Of a stretch of 64,000 nucleotides of DNA, positions 51,673 through 61,601 are shown piece by piece; position 1 is the first letter of the stretch; every line of letters starts with the position of its first letter. The stretch is from contig CAWAKC010000008.1 in the NCBI GenBank assembly GCA_963782525.1, forward strand, positions 1-64,000, read 5' to 3'. Below the pieces are notes generated by a model that had not been told where the DNA came from, did no database searches, and saw only the letters and a program-made list of their open reading frames with translations. This DNA is from Candidatus Bathyarchaeota archaeon. GTDB lineage: Archaea > Thermoproteota > Bathyarchaeia > Bathyarchaeales > Bathycorpusculaceae. Both the position numbers and the translations under genes were made by a program.

Positions 51673-51903
51673 TCACCTTATTGGTGCCAGGTCTTTAACC
51701 TCAGGGTTCTTATACAAAGCAGTTTGAAGAGCTTGGCTCGTTCTCGTACCGCAATTATCACAAACAAAATTTTGGAACATGATAATTTTAATTTCAGACG
51801 GAAAGGGATTCGACATCGTTATATCGCCTTGTAAGGTTTCGTAGCTGGTAACATTGTCAATGTCAAAATCCATTGGTTTTTTGCAAGTTGGACAATCAGG
51901 CAT
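51673..51903 (-). CDS. Small zinc-finger protein
   Basis: CPTC...CDNC. Confidence 0.65.
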   Translation of the reverse strand: MPDCPTCKKPMDFDIDNVTSYETLQGDITMSNPFPSEIKIIMFQNFVCDNCGTRTSQALQTALYKNPEVKDLAPIR

Positions 51904-51957
51904 GCAACAATTTAAAGAGCAATCAGGTTATAAAACTTTGCAAGGAACAAAATCAGT

Positions 51958-52926
51958 ATGGCTATTGATAATTTAAACCGATATCGTACAGGGACAACGA
52001 TTGATGGCAAGCAAACGTTTAGTATTCCCTTAAGTCGTGATGCCGATGGCATGGTCGGAAGGGAGTGCCCATCGGTCAATTGTCAGCCCAGATACTTTAA
52101 AATTGGTTCTCGAAAAGTAAACAGTGGGGGTCAAATCGATAATAACCTTTTTTGCCCCTATTGCGGTAATAAAGCTCATCATAACAAATTCGCTACCAAA
52201 GAACAGACTGAATATGTCAAATCCTTGGTTGTCAGATATGGTCACCAAAAAATGGATAACATGATTAGGAACTCGTTAAGGTCAGTCAAAACATCAAATA
52301 ACGGCTTTCTGAAAATTAGCTTGGAATATAAAGGTGGAACACTTCCAAGTGTAAGACATTACGCTGAAAAGGAACTCAAACGAATAGTAGAGTGCGATCA
52401 GTGCGGACAACGATATGCTGTCTATGGCATTGCAAAATTTTGCCCTTCATGCGGTAAAGGCAATTTAAAGGTGCATTTAATCCACAGCTGTGACGGAGTA
52501 AGACGGTTGGTCGGCGCAAATAACGAAATTCTTGAAAAATATGGACGTGAAGTAGCCTTTAATTTGCTCGGTAATTGCCTTGAGGATTGTGTTAGCATAT
52601 TTGAAGGGTTCCTAAAAATAATCTACAAAAACTTGAATACAGCTAACTTAGGAAACGCTTTCCAAAATTTGAATAGAGCAAGTGAATTATTTAAGGCTGA
52701 AAACGTTGAGTTATTGGCGATTCTTTCACCCGAAGAAAAGGCTTTCTTGGCATTGCAATTTGCTAAGCGTCATGTAATAACCCACAATTTGGGAATGGTT
52801 GATGGCAAATTTGCTAAACAGGTGTCTACTTGGCAGGCATCAGGACAAGAAGTTAATTTGAATGGGGAGGATATTATGAACCTGTTGGCATTGATTGAAA
52901 AAGTGGTAATGAATATAATTAATTGA
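51958..52926 (+). CDS. Zn-finger plus putative HEPN protein
   Basis: CPSVNC, CPYC, CDQC, CPSC; VSIFE; KRHVITHN (Rx4H). Confidence 0.7.
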   Translation: MAIDNLNRYRTGTTIDGKQTFSIPLSRDADGMVGRECPSVNCQPRYFKIGSRKVNSGGQIDNNLFCPYCGNKAHHNKFATKEQTEYVKSLVVRYGHQKMDNMIRNSLRSVKTSNNGFLKISLEYKGGTLPSVRHYAEKELKRIVECDQCGQRYAVYGIAKFCPSCGKGNLKVHLIHSCDGVRRLVGANNEILEKYGREVAFNLLGNCLEDCVSIFEGFLKIIYKNLNTANLGNAFQNLNRASELFKAENVELLAILSPEEKAFLALQFAKRHVITHNLGMVDGKFAKQVSTWQASGQEVNLNGEDIMNLLALIEKVVMNIIN

Positions 52927-53030
52927 TCTTGATGCTTATTGTTGGCGCCATTATTTCCGCAAGCATCACAAGGTCTACTTAAATCAACCGTAGCCGTCTT
53001 TGTGGTCTGAACGTCATATAAAACAAGCCC

Positions 53031-53414
53031 GTGAAAAGACGATCTTTAGCAGTAGAGAGCTTAGTGAAAGAGATAGGGCGAAAAAGCAAGGGCAAAAACT
53101 TAAAAGCAATTGATTCAAAACTGACTTATCGGGTTTATTACTTGGAAATTACCTGTCCTGAGTGTAAAAGGAAGTTTACGCCAAATTTTGTAGAAGACAA
53201 TTATGTATCTGGTCGTGGAGATGAAGCTATACTAATTGAGGATGAATCTTGTTGTTGCTCTAATTGTAACTTACCAGTATACAGAAGCAAAATTGACGAA
53301 TGCGAACAAATAGACCTTGCTGTTGAAGATGCAAAAAGAGAGCATCCAGAGTTTTTCGATGATGAAGATGAATCAGATGAGGATAACCAAGAATCTGACG
53401 AGTCAACTGAATAA
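53031..53414 (+). CDS. Zn-ribbon protein with acidic tail
   Basis: CPEC, CSNC, DDEDESDED tail. Confidence 0.6.
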   Translation: MKRRSLAVESLVKEIGRKSKGKNLKAIDSKLTYRVYYLEITCPECKRKFTPNFVEDNYVSGRGDEAILIEDESCCCSNCNLPVYRSKIDECEQIDLAVEDAKREHPEFFDDEDESDEDNQESDESTE

Positions 53415-53627
53415 CAGCCTATCGTTGCTAAGTTTATTTTTATACGCTAAACAACTCTAACCGACCTGACAGCGAGGATCCTACTGCTTGAAGTGCTGGA
53501 AGTAGTGTAGAAAGTCTGGGGTATTTGACGCTAAATATCCAACTCAGGGTATGTGACGACCATTAGAATTGAGCTAAGTTTTTTCTTGAGAAAAAGCTGA
53601 GTGTAGGCGACAGTTGACAATATTATA

Positions 53628-53765
53628 CTATGATTTTTTGATTTTTCCCTCGAGTTTCTCTAAGTGTCGAATGAAATGTCGAGTTACAAGCCATGTTCCC
53701 AGAGAGCTCACTATGCCGACAAAGATCCCTGTGAGCATAGCGATGATTAAAGTATTCCAATCCAT
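53628..53765 (-). CDS. Small single-TM protein (45 aa)
   Basis: Manual translation MDWNTLIIAMLTGIFVGIVSSLGTWLVTRHFIRHLEKLEGKIKKS*. Confidence 0.65.
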   Translation of the reverse strand: MDWNTLIIAMLTGIFVGIVSSLGTWLVTRHFIRHLEKLEGKIKKS

Positions 53766-53766
53766 G

Positions 53767-54009
53767 TTAAGCCGAACCTCGGTTGAAAGAGATCTTTACA
53801 ATTTTTTTGGCGCAAATTTGAGAAGGGCAGGTAAGCAAGGCTTCATTTCCATTTATGGCTAAAGGAGCCAAACTGTTTTTCCTATTACAATTACACGGAC
53901 CTCTAAGGAGTATTGTGCTGTAGCTCGTTGTTTTTAGGGAGCTGTATATTTTGGGGCATGGTGGTTTAACAATTGTCGGCTGTTGTCGTTGGTCGAGCAT
54001 CTTAGGCAA
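53767..54009 (-). CDS. Hypothetical Cys-containing protein
   Basis: 80 aa, tightly packed in the minus-strand operon. Confidence 0.45.
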   Translation of the reverse strand: MPKMLDQRQQPTIVKPPCPKIYSSLKTTSYSTILLRGPCNCNRKNSLAPLAINGNEALLTCPSQICAKKIVKISFNRGSA

Positions 54010-54367
54010 TCCCCGTGAGTTTAAAGTACAGTCCTAATAGGAAAAAGACTATGACTACTGTTTCTTCGGGAATGTAATTCCGAGCCCATTTTTTGATCCA
54101 AACTGTTTTTGTTAGTTGAGGTGCAGGTGCAGTTTTGGATGGAACGTGAGAGGGCATTTTTTTAGTAAAACTATTTTCCACAGATATAGAATTGACACGC
54201 TTGTTGGGTACCCCTCTAATTTTTCGTTGAGATATGTTCAGTATTCGAGCGGAGCCTTTTACAAAATTCAAAATCGTGGCTAAAGAAACGGGTTCATGGA
54301 AATGTATTATGAGAATCGTCAACAATCCAACGGCGATGGTTAAAGAGTAGAAAATATAAGAATCCAA
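54002..54367 (-). CDS. Hypothetical membrane protein
   Basis: GGAGGAG RBS; N- and C-terminal TM helices. Confidence 0.65.
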   Translation of the reverse strand: MDSYIFYSLTIAVGLLTILIIHFHEPVSLATILNFVKGSARILNISQRKIRGVPNKRVNSISVENSFTKKMPSHVPSKTAPAPQLTKTVWIKKWARNYIPEETVVIVFFLLGLYFKLTGIA

Positions 54368-54395
54368 GAAATTGCTCCTCCCAGTTTTGTTAGTT

Positions 54396-54635
54396 TCAAT
54401 TTGATGTTTTCCTCCGATTACCGAGAAACTTTAGCGTAACGAAAGCGCCGAGGGTAAAACAGAAAAGAAAAGCCAGAAGCTGAAAGTTGACAGCGAACCA
54501 GTTGACGAAATCTTTGATGGGTTGAGGAATGATGCCCATTCCCCAACCGACGGTGTAGAAAATGGCGAAAACTCCACCGTATAAAATCAATTTCTTTAAG
54601 ATCCAAACGGCTGTTTTATTTCCCATAACTTTCAT
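54396..54635 (-). CDS. Small two-TM protein
   Basis: Two hydrophobic helices, basic tail. Confidence 0.65.
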   Translation of the reverse strand: MKVMGNKTAVWILKKLILYGGVFAIFYTVGWGMGIIPQPIKDFVNWFAVNFQLLAFLFCFTLGAFVTLKFLGNRRKTSN

Positions 54636-54806
54636 GCTCGGATTTTAGTGCTGACGCTGACTCATCGCTAACGATATTTAGATTGCAGTTAGCACTTAAC
54701 AATCGTCTAATAATTATAAGATAAAGTAGAGAGATCTTGAGTTTTGACAAAGAAATATTAATTTTGTTTAGTTATACAAAATGAAGGAGATATTTAGGAA
54801 CTTGTG

Positions 54807-55016
54807 TTAAAGGTTCTCGGAGACGGCTTTTTCTAACTCTTTAAGGTCCGTGACGATCTTGTCAATGAGAGTGTTGCATCGCTCGGGATTTTGTCTTTTA
54901 AATTGGGCATAGTGGTAGCGGTTGCGCATTAGATCTCTCCAGCCTTTTTTTGTGGTTGAGTCGCTGTCTAAGAGTAGGGAAGGGATCTTGCGCTTGATGC
55001 GAGAGGTGTTGACCAT
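54807..55016 (-). CDS. Hypothetical protein
   Basis: TAATG coupling to the helicase gene. Confidence 0.55.
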   Translation of the reverse strand: MVNTSRIKRKIPSLLLDSDSTTKKGWRDLMRNRYHYAQFKRQNPERCNTLIDKIVTDLKELEKAVSENL

Positions 55017-57129
55017 TATGCCTTCTCTCCTACGTTCGAATCCTTTTTACTAACTTCCTGGTCAATCTCCTTCCATAGATCTTCTGTGTTTTTACCGTAC
55101 TTACCCAGGTTACCGTTCTCTAAAGAGGTACCCCCTTCTTTTTCTTCTTCTTTTTCTTCTAAACTCAATTTATTAATTATATTTTCATTATAGAGGGGGG
55201 TACTATTTTTATCGACGTTAAAGCAGGTAAGTAGGGTAACATCTGTAAAAGCGTTAGAGATACGGTGTGCATCGTTGAGTTTAGCGGTTGCGTAGAAACC
55301 TTTTTTATTCGTTATCAAGCCTTCATTTTGTAACGCCGAGATTAGCGGTCTCACCTGATTCGTCTCTGCAAGATTAAATTCCATCATGAGATCGTTTCTT
55401 GAGAAATGTCCTTTTAGAGCTATGTAACACAGGATTTTTGATAAATCATCAACAGGGTGTCTTTGTAAAGCTTCCTGCAATTGTATAATCATACATTGAA
55501 CATCTTGTATCTCGAGTCGCTCATGCTGTTCTTCTTGAGCTACAATATTTAATCCAGCTTTCGTGTACTCATTCGTTAAAAAACCAACGACCGCCAGCAA
55601 GTGATCTCTAAGGATCTTAATTGTAGAATAGTCTTCAGTTGATAACGTAATATAAGCCATTGCCTCAGATAATCGTGCGAGTTTCCATTTCATGTCCGCA
55701 CTTACTAAAGGAATATCGCTACAACCGAATTGTTTTTGAAACTTTGTAGCTTCTTCTAAGAGAGCGGTTTCAGCTTCTTGAGTCCATTCAACTTTTGCAG
55801 TGTTGCCCCAAACCCATCGAACCGATTGAGATAAAGCATCGAGAGAATGGTCATACTCGGCTACTTCTGAATTGTTGATTTGTTCGGGTGTTAGGTCTAG
55901 AGCGTCACTAAAAGCGGCTAAATCTAATCTTGCAATAGTTATGTCATCCATCACAGTTTTTAGTGATTGACAGGGATACAAAAAATCCTTAATCCTCTTT
56001 GTGCGGAAATCTTTGGAATCCTCATCTACTGGATTAAAAATTTTTATTTCTCGTGTCCGACAATTCGTTTGGGCTTTACCTGCTTTAGTAACTGTTATAA
56101 TTCCGCTCCGTTCTGCTTCTGCCAACGCCGCTAAGTCAGTTTTTGCCAGTTTCTGACATCCGTCTATAGCTACGAGTTTTCGATCGTTTAACGGCAACGC
56201 TCCCCAGTCAACTGCCCAATTACTCTTTTCAAGCTGTACTGCTGTTCCAGTTAATCCAACTGCGCTTGCGGTTTCAGCTGAAATTATCATGCCGATTTGT
56301 AACAAGTTTTGTACCTTTCTTACCATCGCACTCTTGCCTGTTGTTGTATCACCGATTATTGCTGCGTCTCCCCAACCTTTCTGACCTTCTTTTCGAAAGG
56401 TGATATGTATTGGCGTAAAGAACGTTAGTAAGGTTACTCCCGCTATGTTTTTTCGACCGATAATGTGAGAGAAGCGCTCTGTATTTTCCAGTATCCAGTT
56501 CCATCTCTCCAATACAGACTTCCCTTGAAATGTATTCCTCAAATTTTCTAACTTTTCTTTGTCGAATGAGTTGTCATCCTCGGGAAAGCTAACTTCATGC
56601 GCTAAAAAAGTTGTATTTGAGTATTAGGGTTAGCAATTGGTTTGCCAGTCAGACGGATAAGTGAGCCCGCTTTCAATTCAAGAGGGTTGTCAGATATTAT
56701 ATAGATCTCAAAAGCTTTGTATTCATAGCCCTTCTCGTCAATTATTCTTTCTTCAGCATTCTGCTTGAGCGAGGAAACTGGTGGTCTAACTCTAACCGTG
56801 TAAATGGTTCTGTGCTCTGTCTCTGAAATGCTTTTTACTCTGGTTTTTGGGCTTAAGTACGCGAGGTTTAGTAATTTTCTGTTCTTCGTTTCGTTTGGTG
56901 CGTTGATAAATTCAACATTTAAAGAATCAAAAATCAAAATCTCTCTGAACTCTTGTTCGCCCATATCCCTTTCTTCGTCTTGTTTAATTATAGATATTTG
57001 GAATATTTTTGGTACAGTGTAAGATGCGCCTTGACATGCAATTACCGCATCGACTGTTACTCTTTTGTTGATTAGCGAAGGATTTTCGATATTGTTGATA
57101 TGCTCTAACTTGAAGATATTCGCAGTCAT
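55016..57129 (-). pseudogene. MCM-like replicative helicase, split by a frameshift at a T6 run near 56604
   Basis: GDTTTGKS, ASAVGLTG, WGALPLND..VAIDG, ITVTKAG, ARLD; one added T joins 56602-57129 to 55016-56542. Confidence 0.85.
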
Positions 57130-57345
57130 TGTTCATTCACCTTAGTGCGTTGATGGTCTTGATTGTTTTTCCAACTCTTGAGCCAATGCAAACTCGAAGC
57201 TTTCCAGTAACAGCTTCAGGGTGAATTTGTTGCGTAAAATTTATGTGCGAATTATTAAAACTATTAGACGTGAGGAGAAGCCTCCCGAGAGTAAGGACGT
57301 TCTGAGGCTATGACGGATGGGTTGCTGACTCTTGCTGTCATAGCT

Positions 57346-57546
57346 TCAGACCTTCTTTGTTGTGGTTCGTGTTTTCTCGTAGAGGGGTTTGACGATGATA
57401 CTGCCGTCATTTAGTTCCAAGCTGAACGCTTGAATCTGTTTTCTCGCAAGAAGCTCCCAGTCGTGTAGCCACATGAACGGAAACATCACGCCTCGACTTA
57501 CATCCACTTTGCTAACTTGTCGAATTTCGGTCATTTTTGTACGCAC
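57346..57546 (-). CDS. Small AbrB/SpoVT-like regulator
   Basis: SKV..SRGV.FP..W....ELNDGSIIVKP pattern. Confidence 0.55.
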   Translation of the reverse strand: MRTKMTEIRQVSKVDVSRGVMFPFMWLHDWELLARKQIQAFSLELNDGSIIVKPLYEKTRTTTKKV

Positions 57547-57824
57547 TTGGTTTGTACCTACGTAGTCGAACTTTGTATTTAAATTTTTTAGTTTTTGCGG
57601 CTTAATTTATGCCGCATTTGGGTAAATAATAACTATTTGGATTTGTAATGCTAAAATAAGCTCTTAAAGTAACTCTTTAAGTCCTCCATAGCTAAGGCAC
57701 GCAAGAATCTTGGCGAGTTGATCGATGAGAAGTTGAGATGTAGAGTCATCTTGGTGATAGGTCCGCTTAGTGGTTGACTGATAGTTGATTGCCTTATGGT
57801 AAAGACTTGGCTAACTTAAACGAA

Positions 57825-58045
57825 ATAGCCACACTAAATGCTATAGAACACCAAACTGAGGCGCTATAAAAGGCTGATACACTTAGGATTGACTATATAG
57901 AAGCCCCAGTCATGGAAATTGTGATATAGCAGGAGAGAAATATGACTATAGCACGCCTAAAGAGCTCGAGAGCTCTGCTATAGTGACAGTGAAGGCGCTA
58001 TAGAACTCGAGCTTTTGCCATAGTGATGGCTAAGTGCTATAGAAC
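57825..58045. repeat. Array of about 10 CTATAG-like motifs (putative iterons/origin)
   Basis: ATAG cores spaced 18-23 or 29-32 bp in a ~970-bp non-coding gap. Confidence 0.7.
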
Positions 58046-58520
58046 CTGCTGAGGATGGAGAGAGTAACGTGCGAGTAGCCAGACAAAATGCTCTATGCAC
58101 AACTCAGAGAAACTTGGCATTGTTTGGGTTAATCGGCAGAATGTCGCTTTGCCTCGGTGACAAGGATCCGACTGGTTGAGCGCCTAAATCTTCTTCTCAA
58201 CCTCAATGTAGCTTTGAAGAAAGGCTTCTCTAGAGTGACGCCATGCTTACATCTGAGATTTTACAAAAATAGCGTCAAGGCATTATCCAGAATGTACAAT
58301 TGCTCATTGTTAAGCCTCGCTTGAGTGACTAAGGATCCTTGTTTGTTAGTTCCATACCACTTCTTTTACCTTTATTTACTCCTGATACAACGACAAAGTG
58401 ATGGGGATAGCTCAGATAAATGCTCTGAACAACAGATTTAATCATTTAAGTAAAAGATTAAGTGGGGCTTAGTCCATAATATAACTAATAGTGTCAAAGT
58501 CTATGGAGAGGTAGATAGAA

Positions 58521-59461
58521 ATGGTAAAAATTTCAGTGGCGACTGCGAGACGAAAGAAAGATCGTGAACGGAATCACTCAAAGAAGAAGCTATGGGCTGG
58601 ATGGTTGAAGAATAAGGATCGTCTCGAGCGAAGAGACCACAGTGGCGCTCTTACCAACGAGAAAGTCCAACACATGATTAATCAAATTAGAACTGATGAT
58701 GTGTACAATCGGTTCGGGCAAAAGACGTCCTACTCAAAGCTGGATATAGATTCTGCAACAGGAATCAACCTCGACGAGCTCGTAAAACTTAGGGATATTG
58801 CGCTGATTTCTTTCAACTGGATTTACTTCAAGCGAGCTCGAGAAGTTCTGAGTTTGACTTTTGGAAGCATAGGCATAGCTGAGAACGCTCTATCCGAGAC
58901 TGAGACTTACAAAGTGATGACTGTCTCAGTGAACATCGAGAAGAAACGAAAACGCTATAAAATCTGTCCCAAATGCAAAGTTAAAGACCAGCCTTTAAAG
59001 AACAGCCTCAACTCGAACTTCTGTAAGAAGTGCGGAAGGAATATCGAGAAAGCTCAAATCATAGAGATCGGAGCCAAACCAGAGCCCAAGACTAAAAGCA
59101 AAGACATCACTGAGCACTATACTCAATATGTTTTGGAGTGGTACAACAAACTCAAGAGTATGGGTGCTCAAAAGAGTTGGTGGCTATTTCCTAAGTATAA
59201 TGTGCTTGCTTCAGATTCATGTTCACAGGTGAGAGCCCTATCGGTGTAGCTAGGTACGACCAAATTCTGCAAAGGCTGGATCCCACAATGAGTAGCTGTA
59301 TGTTTCGATATGGCGGGACCGAGAAGCATTACAGGTTGGGTTATACCTCTCACGAGATCGCTGACATTGGTGATTGGAGCTCAGATGCCCAACCAGAAAG
59401 GTATGCGAAAAGGTTGGGCTTAACTCCGAGTCAACAGAAGTTCTCAAGAGACAAGAGGTGA
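58521..59461 (+). pseudogene. Tyrosine recombinase with inserted Zn ribbon, frameshifted near 59212
   Basis: RDIAL...KRAREV, CPKC..CKKC, WLFP, CMFR, GDW, ERYA across two ORFs. Confidence 0.8.
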
Positions 59462-59811
59462 TTGAATTATTAACACCTATGAATACAATTCCTATCACTA
59501 CAAAGAGGGCTCAAGATATGCTTCAACTAGGCTGTTGGCTAACGAATTGCACATGACGGAGGAAGAAGTCAAGAAGCTAATCGTGGAATCAAAACGTCTA
59601 CGGACTACAGTGTTTGTTCCGAGATGAACAAATCATTCAACAGCCTACTCCGTGAACGACTCAGAGAATGCGAAGAGCCCAGTGATTAATTGGAGATGAA
59701 ATCAGGTAGGCAGTTAGTCTTATCTATTTATAGTGTTACCTAAGTCTAAATTGAATTATAAAGTCTTCTTTAAAGTCATTTATCCAATTAATGGGTGAGA
59801 AATTAAAGTGA

Positions 59812-60498
59812 CTAATCCTCGACCACACCCAATTTCTTGCAAAGAGTCTTCCAATATGCTTTTGCGATTTCAAAATCATCTACACTCTTAATATCCACAT
59901 GACCAGTGCCTTTCAGCTCAAAGCGTGCTATTACTTCCTCTGGGAGAGGTTCCAATTTTTCCTTTGCAGTTGATTTAGTTTTAGTTTTTGGATTGGAGTC
60001 TTTGTGCGGCTTTTTCTCTTTATTGCCGCCAGTCATATTTACTTCTCTTACTTTCAAATCATCTGAAATCTCAATTCCAGCCTTTGTTGCTAAGTAACTA
60101 AATATAATTGTGGCTTGAATTGCACTGGATTTTGCAATCTTCGCATTTTCTATGAAATGGTTTGTAATGTCTTTTTTTAGAGCTTTATTCAAGTTTATAG
60201 AAGAGAAAACATCAGTATAGGCGTCTTTTAATACCTGAGCTAATCTCTGCCGAAATTCCTCTTCTCCTTCTATCATGAGACTGCTAAGTTTTTCAGTACA
60301 AGTCCCATCTTCTTCTATTAAGCCTAAAAAACGCAAACCAAGTTTCATTTTTGCTTCGTTGTGGGGGGCTATCTCGCTCAGGAATTCTGAATCTACTTTG
60401 CTTATTTTTCTTCTCTTTAGAATGTCAAGGAAAGCCTCATACCATTGAACTGAACCAGAGGCTGGTTTCAATCGAGTCATTTTTACAGGATTAGCCAT
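59812..60498 (-). CDS. DUF5343-like protein
   Basis: KVDSEFL...LRFLGLIEEDG..T..L....AY.DVF pattern. Confidence 0.7.
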   Translation of the reverse strand: MANPVKMTRLKPASGSVQWYEAFLDILKRRKISKVDSEFLSEIAPHNEAKMKLGLRFLGLIEEDGTCTEKLSSLMIEGEEEFRQRLAQVLKDAYTDVFSSINLNKALKKDITNHFIENAKIAKSSAIQATIIFSYLATKAGIEISDDLKVREVNMTGGNKEKKPHKDSNPKTKTKSTAKEKLEPLPEEVIARFELKGTGHVDIKSVDDFEIAKAYWKTLCKKLGVVED

Positions 60499-60540
60499 AC
60501 TTATCCCTTAGTTTAATTTGTATTATTAGGCGAGTTATGC

Positions 60541-61518
60541 TTAAAACTCTTGCTTCTTTTCCTTCCAATACAAATGTATGCTCTTTATCAATGTTGGAAC
60601 AATGAGCGTTGAAATAATAGCTCCTTGAGGAGTGATAACCCACGGGTTGCTTGTTTCTTTATCTGGGTCGTGATGAGCCATGAGTCTAACTCCTCCAACA
60701 CCATAACAGAGATGCTTGTGCTTCACTAAAAATTAGGAGCCTCTCTCAGCTTGAATTATGTTAGCATATTGAATTATGCCGTTTCCTTCTGTAATTTTTG
60801 CTCCAATATCTTCCCCAAATTTGAAAAGGAAGTGCTCGAAGATTTGAGTTGCCTTGTTGGCTGAAGTCTTGGGATCCTTTTCATAGTTAACTAATGCATC
60901 GGAAAGGTCGTCTATCTCGATGCCCCTTTCCGTAAGGTACTTGTAAGAAGATGGACTCATGGTTTCAATGAGGAAAATCTTAGCTTGAAGGTCTGCCTTT
61001 AGCGCTTTCATTAAGCTCTCGATGTATTCATTGGGCAAACCCTTCTCTCCCTCTGGGATGGAGAGTTTTCCAGAAGCATCGGAAATAATTAGACCAGTTT
61101 GAAGTCCCCAGTTTCTAAACACTTTCTCAACTCTTTCTTTTGGAGATGACATTCTGAAAATTCCAGCAGTCATTCTCGCTGATTGCTCTGATGAATAACC
61201 TTTGCTTAGGAAATCAAGATAAAGAAGACAAGGTGGATAACTCTGTAGCGCTTGCCTCAATACTAAATGCAGTTGAGATCTTTCTGAACGCTTAATCAAA
61301 TCTCTGTATTTATCCGCTGGCAAATATTCGCCGTTTCTTTCGTTAAATAAACCGAGTTGAATACATTCAGCTATTGCATTTGACGTATAAGCCTGATTCT
61401 TATCAAAGCTATCCAATAATATACTCTTATCAAGAGGGTGAGGCGACGAGGAGACCTCTTTTGCTATATCCATTAGAAATTCAGCGGAAACGTCAAACAC
61501 GGCAAATTTCATTGACAT
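60541..61518 (-). pseudogene. wHTH-like plus putative HEPN protein interrupted by an in-frame TAA at 60733-60735
   Basis: ORFs 60733-61518 and 60541-60726 share a frame; SANKATQIFE and RLMAHH (Rx4H). Confidence 0.6.
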
Positions 61519-61601
61519 ATATTGCTAATTGACCGAAGTACAATAAAAAACCTGTGACCTTAGCGCAAATCTAAATGCCGCCAATGCTAAGGTTAGGAAG
61601 G

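Noticed and set aside
50900-53500. Classical integron cassette array
   Set aside because: No paired RYYYAAC/GTTRRRY attC boxes found, genes are in mixed orientation, and neither recombinase looks like IntI
57825-58045. Mini CRISPR array
   Set aside because: The conserved core is only about 6-7 bp with irregular spacing; no 24-40 bp identical repeats and no cas genes
59462-59627. Small HTH/excisionase-like ORF (LANELHMTEEEVKKLI) after the recombinase
   Set aside because: No in-frame start for the full frame; it would need yet another frameshift
60733-60735. Selenocysteine or pyrrolysine read-through
   Set aside because: The stop is TAA, not TGA or TAG
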